Assembly: GCA_963745075.1 (NCBI GenBank)
Contig: CAVUWV010000018.1
Location: 96,001-160,000 of the forward strand
DNA: 64,000 nt
Origin: Candidatus Hydrogenedentota bacterium
Lineage (GTDB): Bacteria > Hydrogenedentota > Hydrogenedentia > Hydrogenedentales > SLHB01
Direction of reading: 5' to 3'
Position numbers and translations under genes: made by a program. The notes under the pieces were generated by a model. The model saw nothing but the letters and a program-made list of their open reading frames with translations, was not told the origin of the DNA and ran no database searches. Below are positions 49,079 to 58,925 of the stretch, piece after piece (the stretch's first letter is position 1; each line of letters starts with the position of its first letter).

Positions 49079-50377
49079 TTACTGCAATCTGCGATTCCAG
49101 CCCGGTTCGGTGGGATGAAGTGATTTAATGTCGGTTGCAAGCGATATCCCCGCGCTCTGCAGTATCTGTCTGAACTCCAGCCCTGGAAGCCGATCGAAAC
49201 ACTCCACCGTGATGCGGTAACGCTCATTTCGGATGGCGTCGCCGTCGCCGAGTTGCACCGCGTCCTTCAGCGGTTGCGCCTGCTTTCTGACCTCCGCGAA
49301 AAAATCCGGCCAGAAAGCGGGTCCATACTGGCGCTCGCATTCGGCGAGAATGTACGCGTGGATGCGATCCACGAGATTCGGCTGCACATCGGGTGGCAGA
49401 ACGTACCCAGAAGCTACGTAGCGCTGAAAGGTGTCCGCCTGGCCTTGGTACGTATCCGTCCAGGACTGGAGAAAGACCGGGTTTGGCGCGACCGTCTGGG
49501 TTGCCTTCATGCCGATGCTCCAGCCGACCATTTCCCAACCGAACTGGGCATGTGTCGCTGCGACGAAGTTATGGGCCATCTCCTCGATATATCCCGAAAC
49601 GTGCGGGACGTGATATTGCGTCCATTCCGGATGCTGGTCCAATTGGAGGTTTTCGTCGTCATAGTAGATGACGCAATTGCTGGTGCCGCCAAAGGCTTCC
49701 TTGCTGCCTTGGGGAAAGTTATACACCACGATGACGTATTCCGTATCGACGCCGACGGTATCGTGCAATGCGTCGTAGGCGCGAACGAGGTATGGAAAGA
49801 CGATGCCGGCGGCCTCTTCACGACTTTTCGGGGCAAACAGCCAGACATGTTCGCTGGTCAACAGGCATCCGGGCCGCCCGATTGCCCCTTCGAACGACGG
49901 GAGGTCCGGGTACTTCAGCGAGGGATTCAGCGTCTGACCTACGGGTGTCACGGCAGCGGTCTCGACCGGAATTTCGTCGGTAGCAGCCGACGGGTTTGGG
50001 ATCATCGCCCGTTCAATTTCCCCGGCCGTTTGACCGTGGCCATTGGCCTTGGCGTAGTCGAGGGGCGTCTTCCCCTGTGCGTCTTTGCGGTTGGGATCGG
50101 CGCCCCCTTTGAGCAAGGCGGTGACGGTTCCCACGTGCCCGTTTGCCGCAGCCAGATGGAGCGGAGTCTTGCCCTCTTCGTTGGGCGCATTCGGATCGGC
50201 GCCTTCCCCCAGGAGTTGTTCAACGGAGCCCAGCTTTCCGTCACGCGCCATTTCGTGCAGGGGCGTTGTGACGCCGGTGGAAGGAGAGGATTCGGAAAAC
50301 CGGCTTATAACGAGCGGCAAGAGCAAGAGACAAAGAACGATTCCAACAACCACACCGAGAATGACGTTTCGGTTCAC
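49079..50377 (-). CDS. Membrane-anchored ankyrin-repeat protein with putative metallopeptidase-like C-terminal domain
   Basis: TM; TPLH/TPLH/TPLD ankyrin repeats; GYIEEMAHNF...GWE. Confidence 0.75.
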   Translation of the reverse strand: MNRNVILGVVVGIVLCLLLLPLVISRFSESSPSTGVTTPLHEMARDGKLGSVEQLLGEGADPNAPNEEGKTPLHLAAANGHVGTVTALLKGGADPNRKDAQGKTPLDYAKANGHGQTAGEIERAMIPNPSAATDEIPVETAAVTPVGQTLNPSLKYPDLPSFEGAIGRPGCLLTSEHVWLFAPKSREEAAGIVFPYLVRAYDALHDTVGVDTEYVIVVYNFPQGSKEAFGGTSNCVIYYDDENLQLDQHPEWTQYHVPHVSGYIEEMAHNFVAATHAQFGWEMVGWSIGMKATQTVAPNPVFLQSWTDTYQGQADTFQRYVASGYVLPPDVQPNLVDRIHAYILAECERQYGPAFWPDFFAEVRKQAQPLKDAVQLGDGDAIRNERYRITVECFDRLPGLEFRQILQSAGISLATDIKSLHPTEPGWNRRLQ

Positions 50378-50431
50378 GATTCACCTCCCCTTCCGCGGAT
50401 CGACCGCAGGCTCGTTTGACCGGAATCACGC

Positions 50432-51619
50432 CTACAAAAAGACTTGACCTTCCCCCCGATACGTGGGAAACTCCTCGACCACCGTGCCGTCTGAAATCCC
50501 CAGTAATAGATTGAATCGCTCGCACATCTCCCCTGCCTTGGCATAGCGCATGAACACCGGGTCACCGAGACCCAGTTTTTCCGGACCATTGTAGCGGATT
50601 GGGGTCTGCACCTCGCCGGCGCCTTCGAGGGGAAGCAACGCGGCGCCCTCTGGCAGGTACGGCCTCGGCATCTTGTCTTTGCCCACTCCCGACGCGACGT
50701 AGCCCCCGCCGTGACAGGTGAAGATGCCGGGGACCGGCACGCGCGTGATTTCGATGGCGTACCCCACGGACGGCGAATGATGAAACCCCGCGTACCAGTC
50801 AAAAAGAACCGGCGAGAAGAATCCGGAACCGACCGTAACCTCGGTAATGCAATCTTCCTCGGCCGTCTTCTCCACGCTTCCGGTACCGCCGCCGTTGATG
50901 AAGGAAAGTTCGACCCCTTCGGCGCGAATGGCACTCACAATGGCCGCGCGGCGTTCGCGAATCTCGGGCAAAGAACGTTTCTTCAAGAATCGAATGAGGC
51001 CGCTCACGATCGCGCTGCCGGGCGAGTAGTCGGGAACCCCGGCGATCTGGGCCTCGTACCCCATCACGCCATCCAACCGGACATTCTTGGCTGCGGCGAT
51101 CCGACGGCACAGTTTTACTGCCTGTTCGGGCGTCTTCACCGGCGACCGTCGCACGCCGAAATGAATGCCAGGAAAGCTGGTGGCCAAATCGATATCCAGA
51201 CAGAGGGGGATTTCGACCCTATGCCGGCGGCCCAGCGTGTCGAGGCAACGAACGTGTTCCTCGCAATCGACCATGCAGCAGATACGCTTGCCGCGTTGGA
51301 TCTCCTCGCCAAGCCGTGCGTCGTCCGCCTCGTGCCAGACGGGATAGGCGACAAGCAGGTCGTCGAACCCCTGCTGACTCAGGAACACCACTTCGCGGGC
51401 GCTGTAGGCCATCACGCCGAAATAGGGCGCCCCGAACGACAGGATGCGTTCCAGCAACGGCACGCAGCGGAGGGATTTCGAGGCGATTCGGATGCGTTTA
51501 CCGCCGGCGCGCGCCGCGATGTCGCGGATATTGCGATCGAAGAGGTCGAGGTCTACGAACGCGAGCGGCATCGGCCATCCGGCGACGGCTTCGCGGTAGT
51601 ATGCGTAGGTTCGTTCCAA
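50432..51619 (-). CDS. PLP fold-III amino acid deaminase/aldolase (DSD1/alanine racemase-like)
   Basis: RIASKSLRC, GVRRSP, MGYEAQIAG, NGGGTGS, EGAGEVQTP, PTYRGEG. Confidence 0.9.
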   Translation of the reverse strand: MERTYAYYREAVAGWPMPLAFVDLDLFDRNIRDIAARAGGKRIRIASKSLRCVPLLERILSFGAPYFGVMAYSAREVVFLSQQGFDDLLVAYPVWHEADDARLGEEIQRGKRICCMVDCEEHVRCLDTLGRRHRVEIPLCLDIDLATSFPGIHFGVRRSPVKTPEQAVKLCRRIAAAKNVRLDGVMGYEAQIAGVPDYSPGSAIVSGLIRFLKKRSLPEIRERRAAIVSAIRAEGVELSFINGGGTGSVEKTAEEDCITEVTVGSGFFSPVLFDWYAGFHHSPSVGYAIEITRVPVPGIFTCHGGGYVASGVGKDKMPRPYLPEGAALLPLEGAGEVQTPIRYNGPEKLGLGDPVFMRYAKAGEMCERFNLLLGISDGTVVEEFPTYRGEGQVFL

Positions 51620-51831
51620 CGTATGACGGAGCCTTTCGTTGTCAGTTCGTAGCCGAAGTCACCATTCTCCATAGCGTATTCAGCGCATTCAACTCGGGGT
51701 GGACTTCGGTCACGGCTCCACGCATAATGATTGCTGCTGCAAGGTGTTCTTCGGACGGTATTCCCGTATCCGATCGGTCGGGTGAAGTACACCGTAAATT
51801 CGCAGCACGCACAACCAACAGGAGATGTGCC

Positions 51832-52732
51832 GTGTCGCATCAGAGTTTTGTCACGACGACGCGGGGACTTCGTCAGAGAAAGCCCTCCCATGATTCTGTT
51901 TGAGAAGTCCAAACGGATCGGTGTCTGGAATCCAAGCGAGCTGGACTTCAGCCAGGACAAGAAAGACTGGCAAAGCCTCAACGATATCGAGCGGGACGCC
52001 ATTCTGCAGTTGACCTCGCTGTTTGCGGGCGGCGAGGAGGCGGTCACGCTGGACCTGCTTCCGCTGATTCACACGATCGCCCGTGACGGCCGCGTGGAAG
52101 AAGAGATCTATCTCACGGCCTTTTTGTGGGAAGAAGCCAAGCATACGGATTTCTTTGCCCGGTTCGTCACGGAAGTCGCAGGCGTTGACACGGATCTTTC
52201 TCATTATCAACAAGAGAACTATCGCGCACTGTTCTACGAAGCCCTCCCAAAAGCGATGGAGGCCTTGGAGACCGATCCGTCGTTGACGGCTCTTGCGCGC
52301 GCGTCGACCACGTACAATCTGGTCGTGGAAGGCATCGTCGCGGAGACGGGATATCACGCGTACTTCCTGGCACTGGACAAACAAGGCATCCTGCCGGCCA
52401 CGCGCAGGGGCGTGTTGCACGTGAAACAGGATGAGGCCCGGCATATTGCTTACGGGATTTACCTTTTAGCCCGGCTCATGTCGGAGGATCCTTCGCTGTG
52501 GGACGTGGTGCAGGACACCATGAATGAACTGCTCCCGGTGGTGATGGGTCTCATTCACGAGACGTTCACGCGGTACGAGACGCCGCCCTTCGGCGAGTCG
52601 GAGGAAGTGTTTGCCGCCTACGCCATGGGGCAGTTCCAAAAGCGGTTGGACCGGCTGCAGCGGGCGCGAACGATGACGGAAGCTGAGGTGGACGAGATGA
52701 CGGAAGCGCTGATCGAAGCGGACGACGCGTGA
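51832..52732 (+). CDS. R2-like ligand-binding oxidase (Mn/Fe R2lox), +1 frameshift at ~51873
   Basis: AGGAG RBS then MSHQSFVTTTRGLR, continuing in the next frame as RESPPMILFEK; GEEAVTLDLLP, EEAKH, VEG..AETGY, DEARH. Confidence 0.9.
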
Positions 52733-52737
52733 TCGAG

Positions 52738-53367
52738 TCAAAGTCCGAAGTGGCGCAAAACGAGTTGGACGCCTTCCTCGCCGAGCCAGATGATCCCTCC
52801 GTAGTAGATGAAGCAGGGCAACGCCGCGCCATACCCCAGCAACACAAAGAGGCCGTCGCGTTCGAGCAAACCGAGACCGGTCAGAAAGATTGGCAGGGCA
52901 ACGACGGTGTTGCTGAATGGCACGGGCAAAGGAACGGGAAGCGCCAGAAGAAGCGCCATCAGCAGGATATAGACCGCGTGACAACGGCGGACCCAGTGGG
53001 TGTTGGTCAATACGAGCCACCGCGGGCGCAGGAATTTTTCCAGGGTTTTCGACACACGAATCAGGCGGTGGACGATTCGTTGGAATCGCGCGGACGGGAT
53101 GGGGCGCTCGCGGAGAGACCTCGGTATCCACGGCGTTCGGCCGAGGGCAAGGAACAAACCGAGAAAGGCGAGGATTAGTCCGAACGGTCCCCCAAGAAAG
53201 GGCGGCGCGACCGGCAGGCTAAGCGGAAAACTGAACAACACGATCATCAGGGCGTGACCACGAACGGGGAACGGCTCCAGGATTTCGCCCAGATATACGT
53301 AGTCCTCACCGGCCCGCGAAAGTAACGTGTTGAGTTCGGCTGAAAGGGTTTCTGAAGGAGTTTTCAC
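52738..53367 (-). CDS. ExoD-family exopolysaccharide synthesis membrane protein (ORF open to 53439)
   Basis: PWIPRSL, EKFLRPR, PVPFSN, GLLERDG. Confidence 0.85.
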   Translation of the reverse strand: MKTPSETLSAELNTLLSRAGEDYVYLGEILEPFPVRGHALMIVLFSFPLSLPVAPPFLGGPFGLILAFLGLFLALGRTPWIPRSLRERPIPSARFQRIVHRLIRVSKTLEKFLRPRWLVLTNTHWVRRCHAVYILLMALLLALPVPLPVPFSNTVVALPIFLTGLGLLERDGLFVLLGYGAALPCFIYYGGIIWLGEEGVQLVLRHFGL

Positions 53368-53454
53368 TACGTGCCTGCCTCGAACTGAATCGCGGGGATT
53401 ATGCCTGTCAAACGCGCTATAAACAAGACGAAATGACACAAAGGAGAATGTTGG

Positions 53455-53961
53455 ATGAGCAACTCACACGTCGCACTGTATCGACAACAACTCGGCATGT
53501 GCCATAGCGAGACCAGCCGCGTCGCGGGAACGGTTCCCGAGAACGTTCGGTACCGGCAACTCGCGGAGGGCAAAGCGCACCCGCTGTGGTTGGTCGGGCA
53601 TTTGACGAATACCATCAACACGGTGGTCATTCGGTGGATGCTTGAGGATGACCAGATTATTCCGAAAGGTTTCGGGCGGCGATTCGCGCCCGACTTCGCG
53701 GGCGGCAATCCGATTACGAGCAACGCGGCCGATTATCCGGCGTGGAATGAAGTGGTGGACTTGTACGATCGCAGCATGAAGGCCGCGATCGACGGATTGG
53801 AAAAATTGACCGACGACGATCTTCCTCAGCCGCTGCGCGGTGATGTGCGGGAACAGATGCGCGACTTCTTCAGCAGCAATGGGAAAACGCTCAACATCAT
53901 GGTCCTTCACGACTCCTACCACCGCGGCCAGATCGGAATGTTGTCGAAGTTGAATGCGTAA
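53455..53961 (+). CDS. DinB-family protein
   Basis: WLVGHL...HDSYHRGQI; AAGGAG RBS. Confidence 0.88.
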   Translation: MSNSHVALYRQQLGMCHSETSRVAGTVPENVRYRQLAEGKAHPLWLVGHLTNTINTVVIRWMLEDDQIIPKGFGRRFAPDFAGGNPITSNAADYPAWNEVVDLYDRSMKAAIDGLEKLTDDDLPQPLRGDVREQMRDFFSSNGKTLNIMVLHDSYHRGQIGMLSKLNA

Positions 53962-53964
53962 ACG

Positions 53965-54264
53965 TCATTCTGCGTCGTAAATCTGCACGCGGGACCAGAA
54001 CGACGAGAAGTTCTTGACGAAGGCAAGGTGCACTTCGTGTTCCTGATAAATATCGTGGCCGGAGATGTCTTCAAGCACGACGGTGAGCGCGAAGTCGTAG
54101 CTCGAATCCACGACTGGTCGCTCCGGCGTGGCGGCAGGCGTACCAATAAACATTTCCCGCACCGTCTCGATCGTCCGCAGGGATTCCAGTCCGCCGCGAA
54201 AGGCTTTGCGGTCGTCAGGGGTCAATTCGCTTTTCAGCCAGAAATACACACTGTGTACGAGCAT
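53965..54264 (-). CDS. Dabb (stress-responsive A/B barrel) protein
   Basis: HSVYFWLK, RPVVDSSYDF, YQEHEVH..FV, QIYD. Confidence 0.88.
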   Translation of the reverse strand: MLVHSVYFWLKSELTPDDRKAFRGGLESLRTIETVREMFIGTPAATPERPVVDSSYDFALTVVLEDISGHDIYQEHEVHLAFVKNFSSFWSRVQIYDAE

Positions 54265-54455
54265 ACGGGTCTCCCGTTGGTACGATTTGGTCGTATCTGA
54301 GCGCCGAGAATACGACACGCAACACCGCTGCGGCAACCCTGACGCCTCGCTGGGGATTGACTCCATTGACCCAGAATATGACGCGGGCTAGACTGCTCTG
54401 CTATCGACGGTTTGGAGAATGCGGTAATTGAAGCGCTGCCAAAGGAGTACGACCT

Positions 54456-56840
54456 ATGAAGAAATACTGGATGGGAATCGTAATGATTGTTCTGTCCGTG
54501 CAGGTTTTGGCAGCGTCTCCCATGTACCGGCCGGCACAGGAATACCGGACGACGACGGCCGCATCGTATGAGATCGCGATTCAGAAGAACGGTCGCATCG
54601 ATGTCACGCTTCGGACGGGTGACCCCGTGTTCATGAACGTCTACCCCATGATCTGGTTTGCGGACGAGGACGAGCCGGAGCCGCTTGCCACCGACGGCCG
54701 GTACACGACGCGGGAGGAAGTCAACGATCGTCTGGGCAAAGGGCAGGGCGTGGTCATGGACTACAAGGGATGCGAATGGAACCATTGTGTCTATCCGACC
54801 GAGCCTTACTTCACCGTGCAAGTCGCGTATACAAACACGTCGAAAAAACCGATTCGCATCAAGGCGCTCTACCCCTGGGTGACCGGCGGAACGCTCGGCC
54901 TGGGAAAGAATGCGATGAGCGGGGTTACGTTGGGCCTGAATACGACCGACAGCGTGACGCTGCAAGGCGGGAAGCAGTTTCCGGGGGATGTGACCATGCC
55001 GGACCTCGTCCGCGGACCGGTACGTTCGATGTGGAACATGGGAACGTACAACGCCGTGACCGGCCGGTCCCTCATCGCGGGCTTCCTGGTTGACACTACC
55101 GCATATACGCGCATTGAGATGGCCGATCCGGTGAACCGCGAGGGGGAATTGAGCCGATATGAAACCTTCACCGCAGAATGCGTCTACGATCCGCCGGTCG
55201 AGTTAGCTCCGGGCCAGAAGCTGGTGTCCGAACCGTTGTATCTGGCCGTCGCCGAATCCAACCCGCTCGAAGGGCTGGAGCGTTTTGGGAAAGCCATGGC
55301 ACTGGCCAACAACGTGAGCCCAGCAAAGCCGTTCATTCCCCATGGCTGGGATTCGTGGAGCACGTCGTTTCGCACCGACATCAATGAATCGAGGATGATC
55401 GAGAACCTCGATTTCGTGGCGAAGCATCTCAAGCGGTACGGATGGGATCACTTCGCCATTGATGATGGATGGCAGATCGCGCTGGGCGACTGGGACGCCA
55501 GTCCGGAGCGGTTCCCGAACGGGATGAAAGCCATGGCGGATCGCATTCACGAAAAAGGCATGACGGCAGGACTGTGGATCGCGCCCTTTAAGGTCGACGT
55601 TAATTCGCATCTGGCCCGGGAACATCCGGAGTGGCTAGTAGGGCCGGGCGATCAGGGGCGCCTGGTCGTCGGGAAAGACGAACGCATCCTCGACGTGACC
55701 ATTCCGGAAGCGTATGTGTGGGCCCGGGATACGGCGGCGAAAATCGGCAACGAGTGGGGCTTTGACGCCCTTGTCGAAACGGACTACATCTATTATCTCA
55801 CGCTGGCCGAATCCTATTCGCGTCCGGACATGACGCGCGTCGAGGTGATGCGCTTGGGCATGCAGGCCCTGCGGGATGGTTTGGGCGACCGAAAGTTTAT
55901 TATGGGACTGCCGCCAATGCCCATAAACGGAGTCTACACACAAGGTATGCGACTGGGCACGGACTGCGCGCCGGTTTGGCGGCAAGTCCCTGGCGAGTGG
56001 CCGTTTGGCTGTGTGGATACCCTGACGAACGCGGCGCGCCGGTATTACTTCGCGCCGTGGATGTGGAGTCCGGATCAAGACTGCGCGTTCTTTGCGAAGG
56101 AATCTACCCGGAAACGGTGGGACGTTTCAGACCAACCGGAACTGACGTTGGACCAAAGTGTGGCGTGGCTGACGGGCGCGGCCTTGACGGGCGGCGCGAT
56201 CAAGATTGGCGACCGGTTCACGGAATTGACCAACCAAGAGGTTGACGTTCTGCGCCGCCTCCTCCCCACGCTGCATCGTCCGGCCCGCCCGGTGGACTTG
56301 CTGACGAGTGACAATCCGCGGATTTGGTCGTTGCCCATCCAGTGCGATATCGGCGACTGGTCTGTCGTGGGCTTGTTCAACTGGAACGAGTCCAGTGCCC
56401 AGACCGTCGATGTGAACTTCCGGGATTTGGGTTTGGTCAACGGGAAGTACTACACGGTGTACGGTTTCTGGAACGAGACCTATTACGGGACGGCATCCGG
56501 CCGACTGTCCGTGTCTGTCCCGCCGGGAAGCGTGCGTCTGCTGTGTTTGCGTCCGTACGAGGATCGGCCGATGTTTCTTTCGACCGACCGGCACTACTCG
56601 CAGGGGGCGACCGATTTCACAGCACTCGATTGGGACGCGCAACGGCGCATGCTGACCGGCACATTCGACGGGATTGCGGATACTGCCTACACGCTACGCG
56701 TTCTGGCACCGTCGCCTTACGAGATGAAACAGGTCGCCGTATCCTGCGGAGACGCGACGACGCGGATGGACGACCGCGTGCTGGTCATACGATTCCACTG
56801 CGACGAGGCCGGTCCGGTGAACTGGCAAGTAGAATTCTAG
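54456..56840 (+). CDS. Secreted alpha-galactosidase-like glycoside hydrolase (GH36/clan D)
   Basis: GWDSW, IDDGWQ, RFPNGMK, GLWIAPF, RLGTD. Confidence 0.85.
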   Translation: MKKYWMGIVMIVLSVQVLAASPMYRPAQEYRTTTAASYEIAIQKNGRIDVTLRTGDPVFMNVYPMIWFADEDEPEPLATDGRYTTREEVNDRLGKGQGVVMDYKGCEWNHCVYPTEPYFTVQVAYTNTSKKPIRIKALYPWVTGGTLGLGKNAMSGVTLGLNTTDSVTLQGGKQFPGDVTMPDLVRGPVRSMWNMGTYNAVTGRSLIAGFLVDTTAYTRIEMADPVNREGELSRYETFTAECVYDPPVELAPGQKLVSEPLYLAVAESNPLEGLERFGKAMALANNVSPAKPFIPHGWDSWSTSFRTDINESRMIENLDFVAKHLKRYGWDHFAIDDGWQIALGDWDASPERFPNGMKAMADRIHEKGMTAGLWIAPFKVDVNSHLAREHPEWLVGPGDQGRLVVGKDERILDVTIPEAYVWARDTAAKIGNEWGFDALVETDYIYYLTLAESYSRPDMTRVEVMRLGMQALRDGLGDRKFIMGLPPMPINGVYTQGMRLGTDCAPVWRQVPGEWPFGCVDTLTNAARRYYFAPWMWSPDQDCAFFAKESTRKRWDVSDQPELTLDQSVAWLTGAALTGGAIKIGDRFTELTNQEVDVLRRLLPTLHRPARPVDLLTSDNPRIWSLPIQCDIGDWSVVGLFNWNESSAQTVDVNFRDLGLVNGKYYTVYGFWNETYYGTASGRLSVSVPPGSVRLLCLRPYEDRPMFLSTDRHYSQGATDFTALDWDAQRRMLTGTFDGIADTAYTLRVLAPSPYEMKQVAVSCGDATTRMDDRVLVIRFHCDEAGPVNWQVEF

Positions 56841-56873
56841 AACTTTAACACCCCCCCTATCGTTTCCGACCGT

Positions 56874-56940
56874 TGTGGTGCGGGCATCCCTGCGAGCCGA
56901 CGCCATCAGACCAAAAGCAGTCAGGATGGCCGCACCGCAA
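56874..56940. repeat. REP-like inverted pair between convergent genes
   Basis: TTGTGGTGCGGGCATCC ... GGATGGCCGCACCGCAA. Confidence 0.5.
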
Positions 56941-56968
56941 TTTGACCACGTGGTTTTGTTTGAGGTGC

Positions 56969-58114
56969 TTAGTTCTTCAGCTTCTTCCGGGTGAGACGGT
57001 GGATTTCCCACGCGATGGCGCAATTCACGATACCGGACGGCGGCAGTATGGGAATGTCGTATCCTTCGAGCGTGACGCATGCGTCCGACCAGGGCCACAT
57101 GGGATCGATCCAGAGGACGCCGGGGTCGTTGACGTAATCGCGATTTCGCAGAATATCCACGTAGACCACCCGCGCGCCGGCCTCGCGACCCGCTTTGAGT
57201 AATCCGTTCGGGGGATGCTGGTAGCCGATATGGATCAGCACGTCCCCTTTGGAATACTTATCATCGGGCGTTTTCAGATAGGAGAACCCCGAGTTCCAGA
57301 CCCCGGACTGAAAATCCTTTCCAATTTCGGTGTGCTGGATTTCGTCGGGAACGAAGTGGCCCATGCCGTACATGATGACGTGATGGCCGTCGTTGAGCGC
57401 GTCCGCCGCCCAGGTCGCGGCTTCGTTGAAACCGTCGCGGTCTTCCTGGTCCGCGCGGAGGAGGATCGCCTTTACACCGTCCGCGTATCGGTTTCCGAGC
57501 ACGCCCGCGGTGATAGGCGGTACATCATTTTTTTCATGCCAAAATACGCCTTCGCGCTGATATTTGTAGATGCGCGGGAACCCGCCGGGCAGTCCGATTG
57601 TTTCGTACATGACCGGCATCTTGTCGAGCCGCGTGAGGGCGCCGACCAGTTCGGCGGAGAATATCCATGCCGGAATGAGATTGGCGAGGGTCGGCGAGAC
57701 ATCCGCATCGGCGGCATGATTCGGGAACCATGGCGGGTCGTTGCTCGCGGGTTGCGAGCCGAAGCCTATCACTAGAGCGCCCGAGCCGGTAATGTTTGCG
57801 GGAACTTCCACCCCGGGCTCGCCCCCGAATAAGACGACATCTCCCGCTTGGGGCGTGTTGTTGCCGAGGTTCTTGATGAGCATGATTCCGCCGGCGCGAC
57901 CCGACAACTCGCTCACCCACGCCGGGTAACCCGCCGCCCATAGCGCGCCGCCATCCGCCAATCGCTTCGCGGCGGCGTCGGCCGGCGCCTTCATGTCGGG
58001 GATGTCGGCCCGGCATGCGTGGAGAGCGGCCACGGTACGTGTGAGATAGGATGAATCAGGCTCGGCGTGAGCCGCGACGGCCAACGCGGTAAACATCAGA
58101 GTCCATCGAACCAT
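56969..58114 (-). CDS. Secreted hypothetical protein with two SIS-like halves
   Basis: Signal peptide; AAAKRLADGGALWAAG and AADALNDGHHVIMYGMGH; GDVV/GDVL; ILPPSG. Confidence 0.6.
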   Translation of the reverse strand: MVRWTLMFTALAVAAHAEPDSSYLTRTVAALHACRADIPDMKAPADAAAKRLADGGALWAAGYPAWVSELSGRAGGIMLIKNLGNNTPQAGDVVLFGGEPGVEVPANITGSGALVIGFGSQPASNDPPWFPNHAADADVSPTLANLIPAWIFSAELVGALTRLDKMPVMYETIGLPGGFPRIYKYQREGVFWHEKNDVPPITAGVLGNRYADGVKAILLRADQEDRDGFNEAATWAADALNDGHHVIMYGMGHFVPDEIQHTEIGKDFQSGVWNSGFSYLKTPDDKYSKGDVLIHIGYQHPPNGLLKAGREAGARVVYVDILRNRDYVNDPGVLWIDPMWPWSDACVTLEGYDIPILPPSGIVNCAIAWEIHRLTRKKLKN

Positions 58115-58166
58115 GGGGATTTCCTCTCATTGCTATGTCCGATTGATGTGAGTTTCGGAGAATGGT

Positions 58167-58859
58167 CTACCGCTCGACGGTAATCCGAAGCGTACCCGGA
58201 AACTCCGCCTGAATCTGGCCAATCAGATCTTCAACCGTTTGCTTGCGGCGGGACAAGATGTCGAAGGTCATATCCGTGCGTTGCGTCTCATCGTCGTCCG
58301 TAACGCGCAAGCGTGCCGCCATAACGACATAGCCCTGGCGCTCAATAAATCGCTCGAGATCGTTGATGCGTTTGGTCCCTCCCGCAACCCGTACGCTCAA
58401 GGCAAATTGCACTTGTTCGGGCAAGAGGGCGCCGACGCGTTCGAGAAGAAGAACGGAGAGCAGGGCGAAGACGGTAGCAATGACGGCCAAGGCGTAGTAC
58501 CCGACGCCGATGGCAATCCCGAGCACGGCGACGAACCACAACATGGCCGCGGTGGTGAGACCACGGTGGATGCTGCCCTGGTTGATGATGGTGCCGGCGC
58601 CGATAAAACCGATGCCGGTTACGATGCCCGCGGCGATACGTCCCCGGTCGAGCCAGACGTGGGCATCGCTGTTGTTCCACTCGGCGGCGAGGATGTCGGA
58701 CACGACCATCGCCAAGGTGGCACCGAGACAGACGATGACGTGGGTGCGTAGACCGGCGGCCCGGCCTTTCCGTTCGCGTTCCAGGCCCAGCGCGCCCGAA
58801 AGCGCCAACGCCAACGCAAACTTGCCCGCATAATCGAGCGTATCTGTTGGAAATTGCAC
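58167..58859 (-). CDS. MgtC/SapB family protein
   Basis: GLERE...AGLRTH, RIAAGIVTGIGFIGAG, GLTTAA. Confidence 0.93.
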   Translation of the reverse strand: MQFPTDTLDYAGKFALALALSGALGLERERKGRAAGLRTHVIVCLGATLAMVVSDILAAEWNNSDAHVWLDRGRIAAGIVTGIGFIGAGTIINQGSIHRGLTTAAMLWFVAVLGIAIGVGYYALAVIATVFALLSVLLLERVGALLPEQVQFALSVRVAGGTKRINDLERFIERQGYVVMAARLRVTDDDETQRTDMTFDILSRRKQTVEDLIGQIQAEFPGTLRITVER

Positions 58860-58925
58860 GTGACATCCTCGCGAGACGCTCGGCTGCTGCCACGCAGCGA
58901 GTCGCCGCAACTTTGACGAAACGTT

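Noticed and set aside
51731..52732. Ribonucleotide reductase beta subunit (nrdB/nrdF)
   Set aside because: GEEAVTLDLLP and the overall pattern fit R2lox; no alpha subunit nearby.
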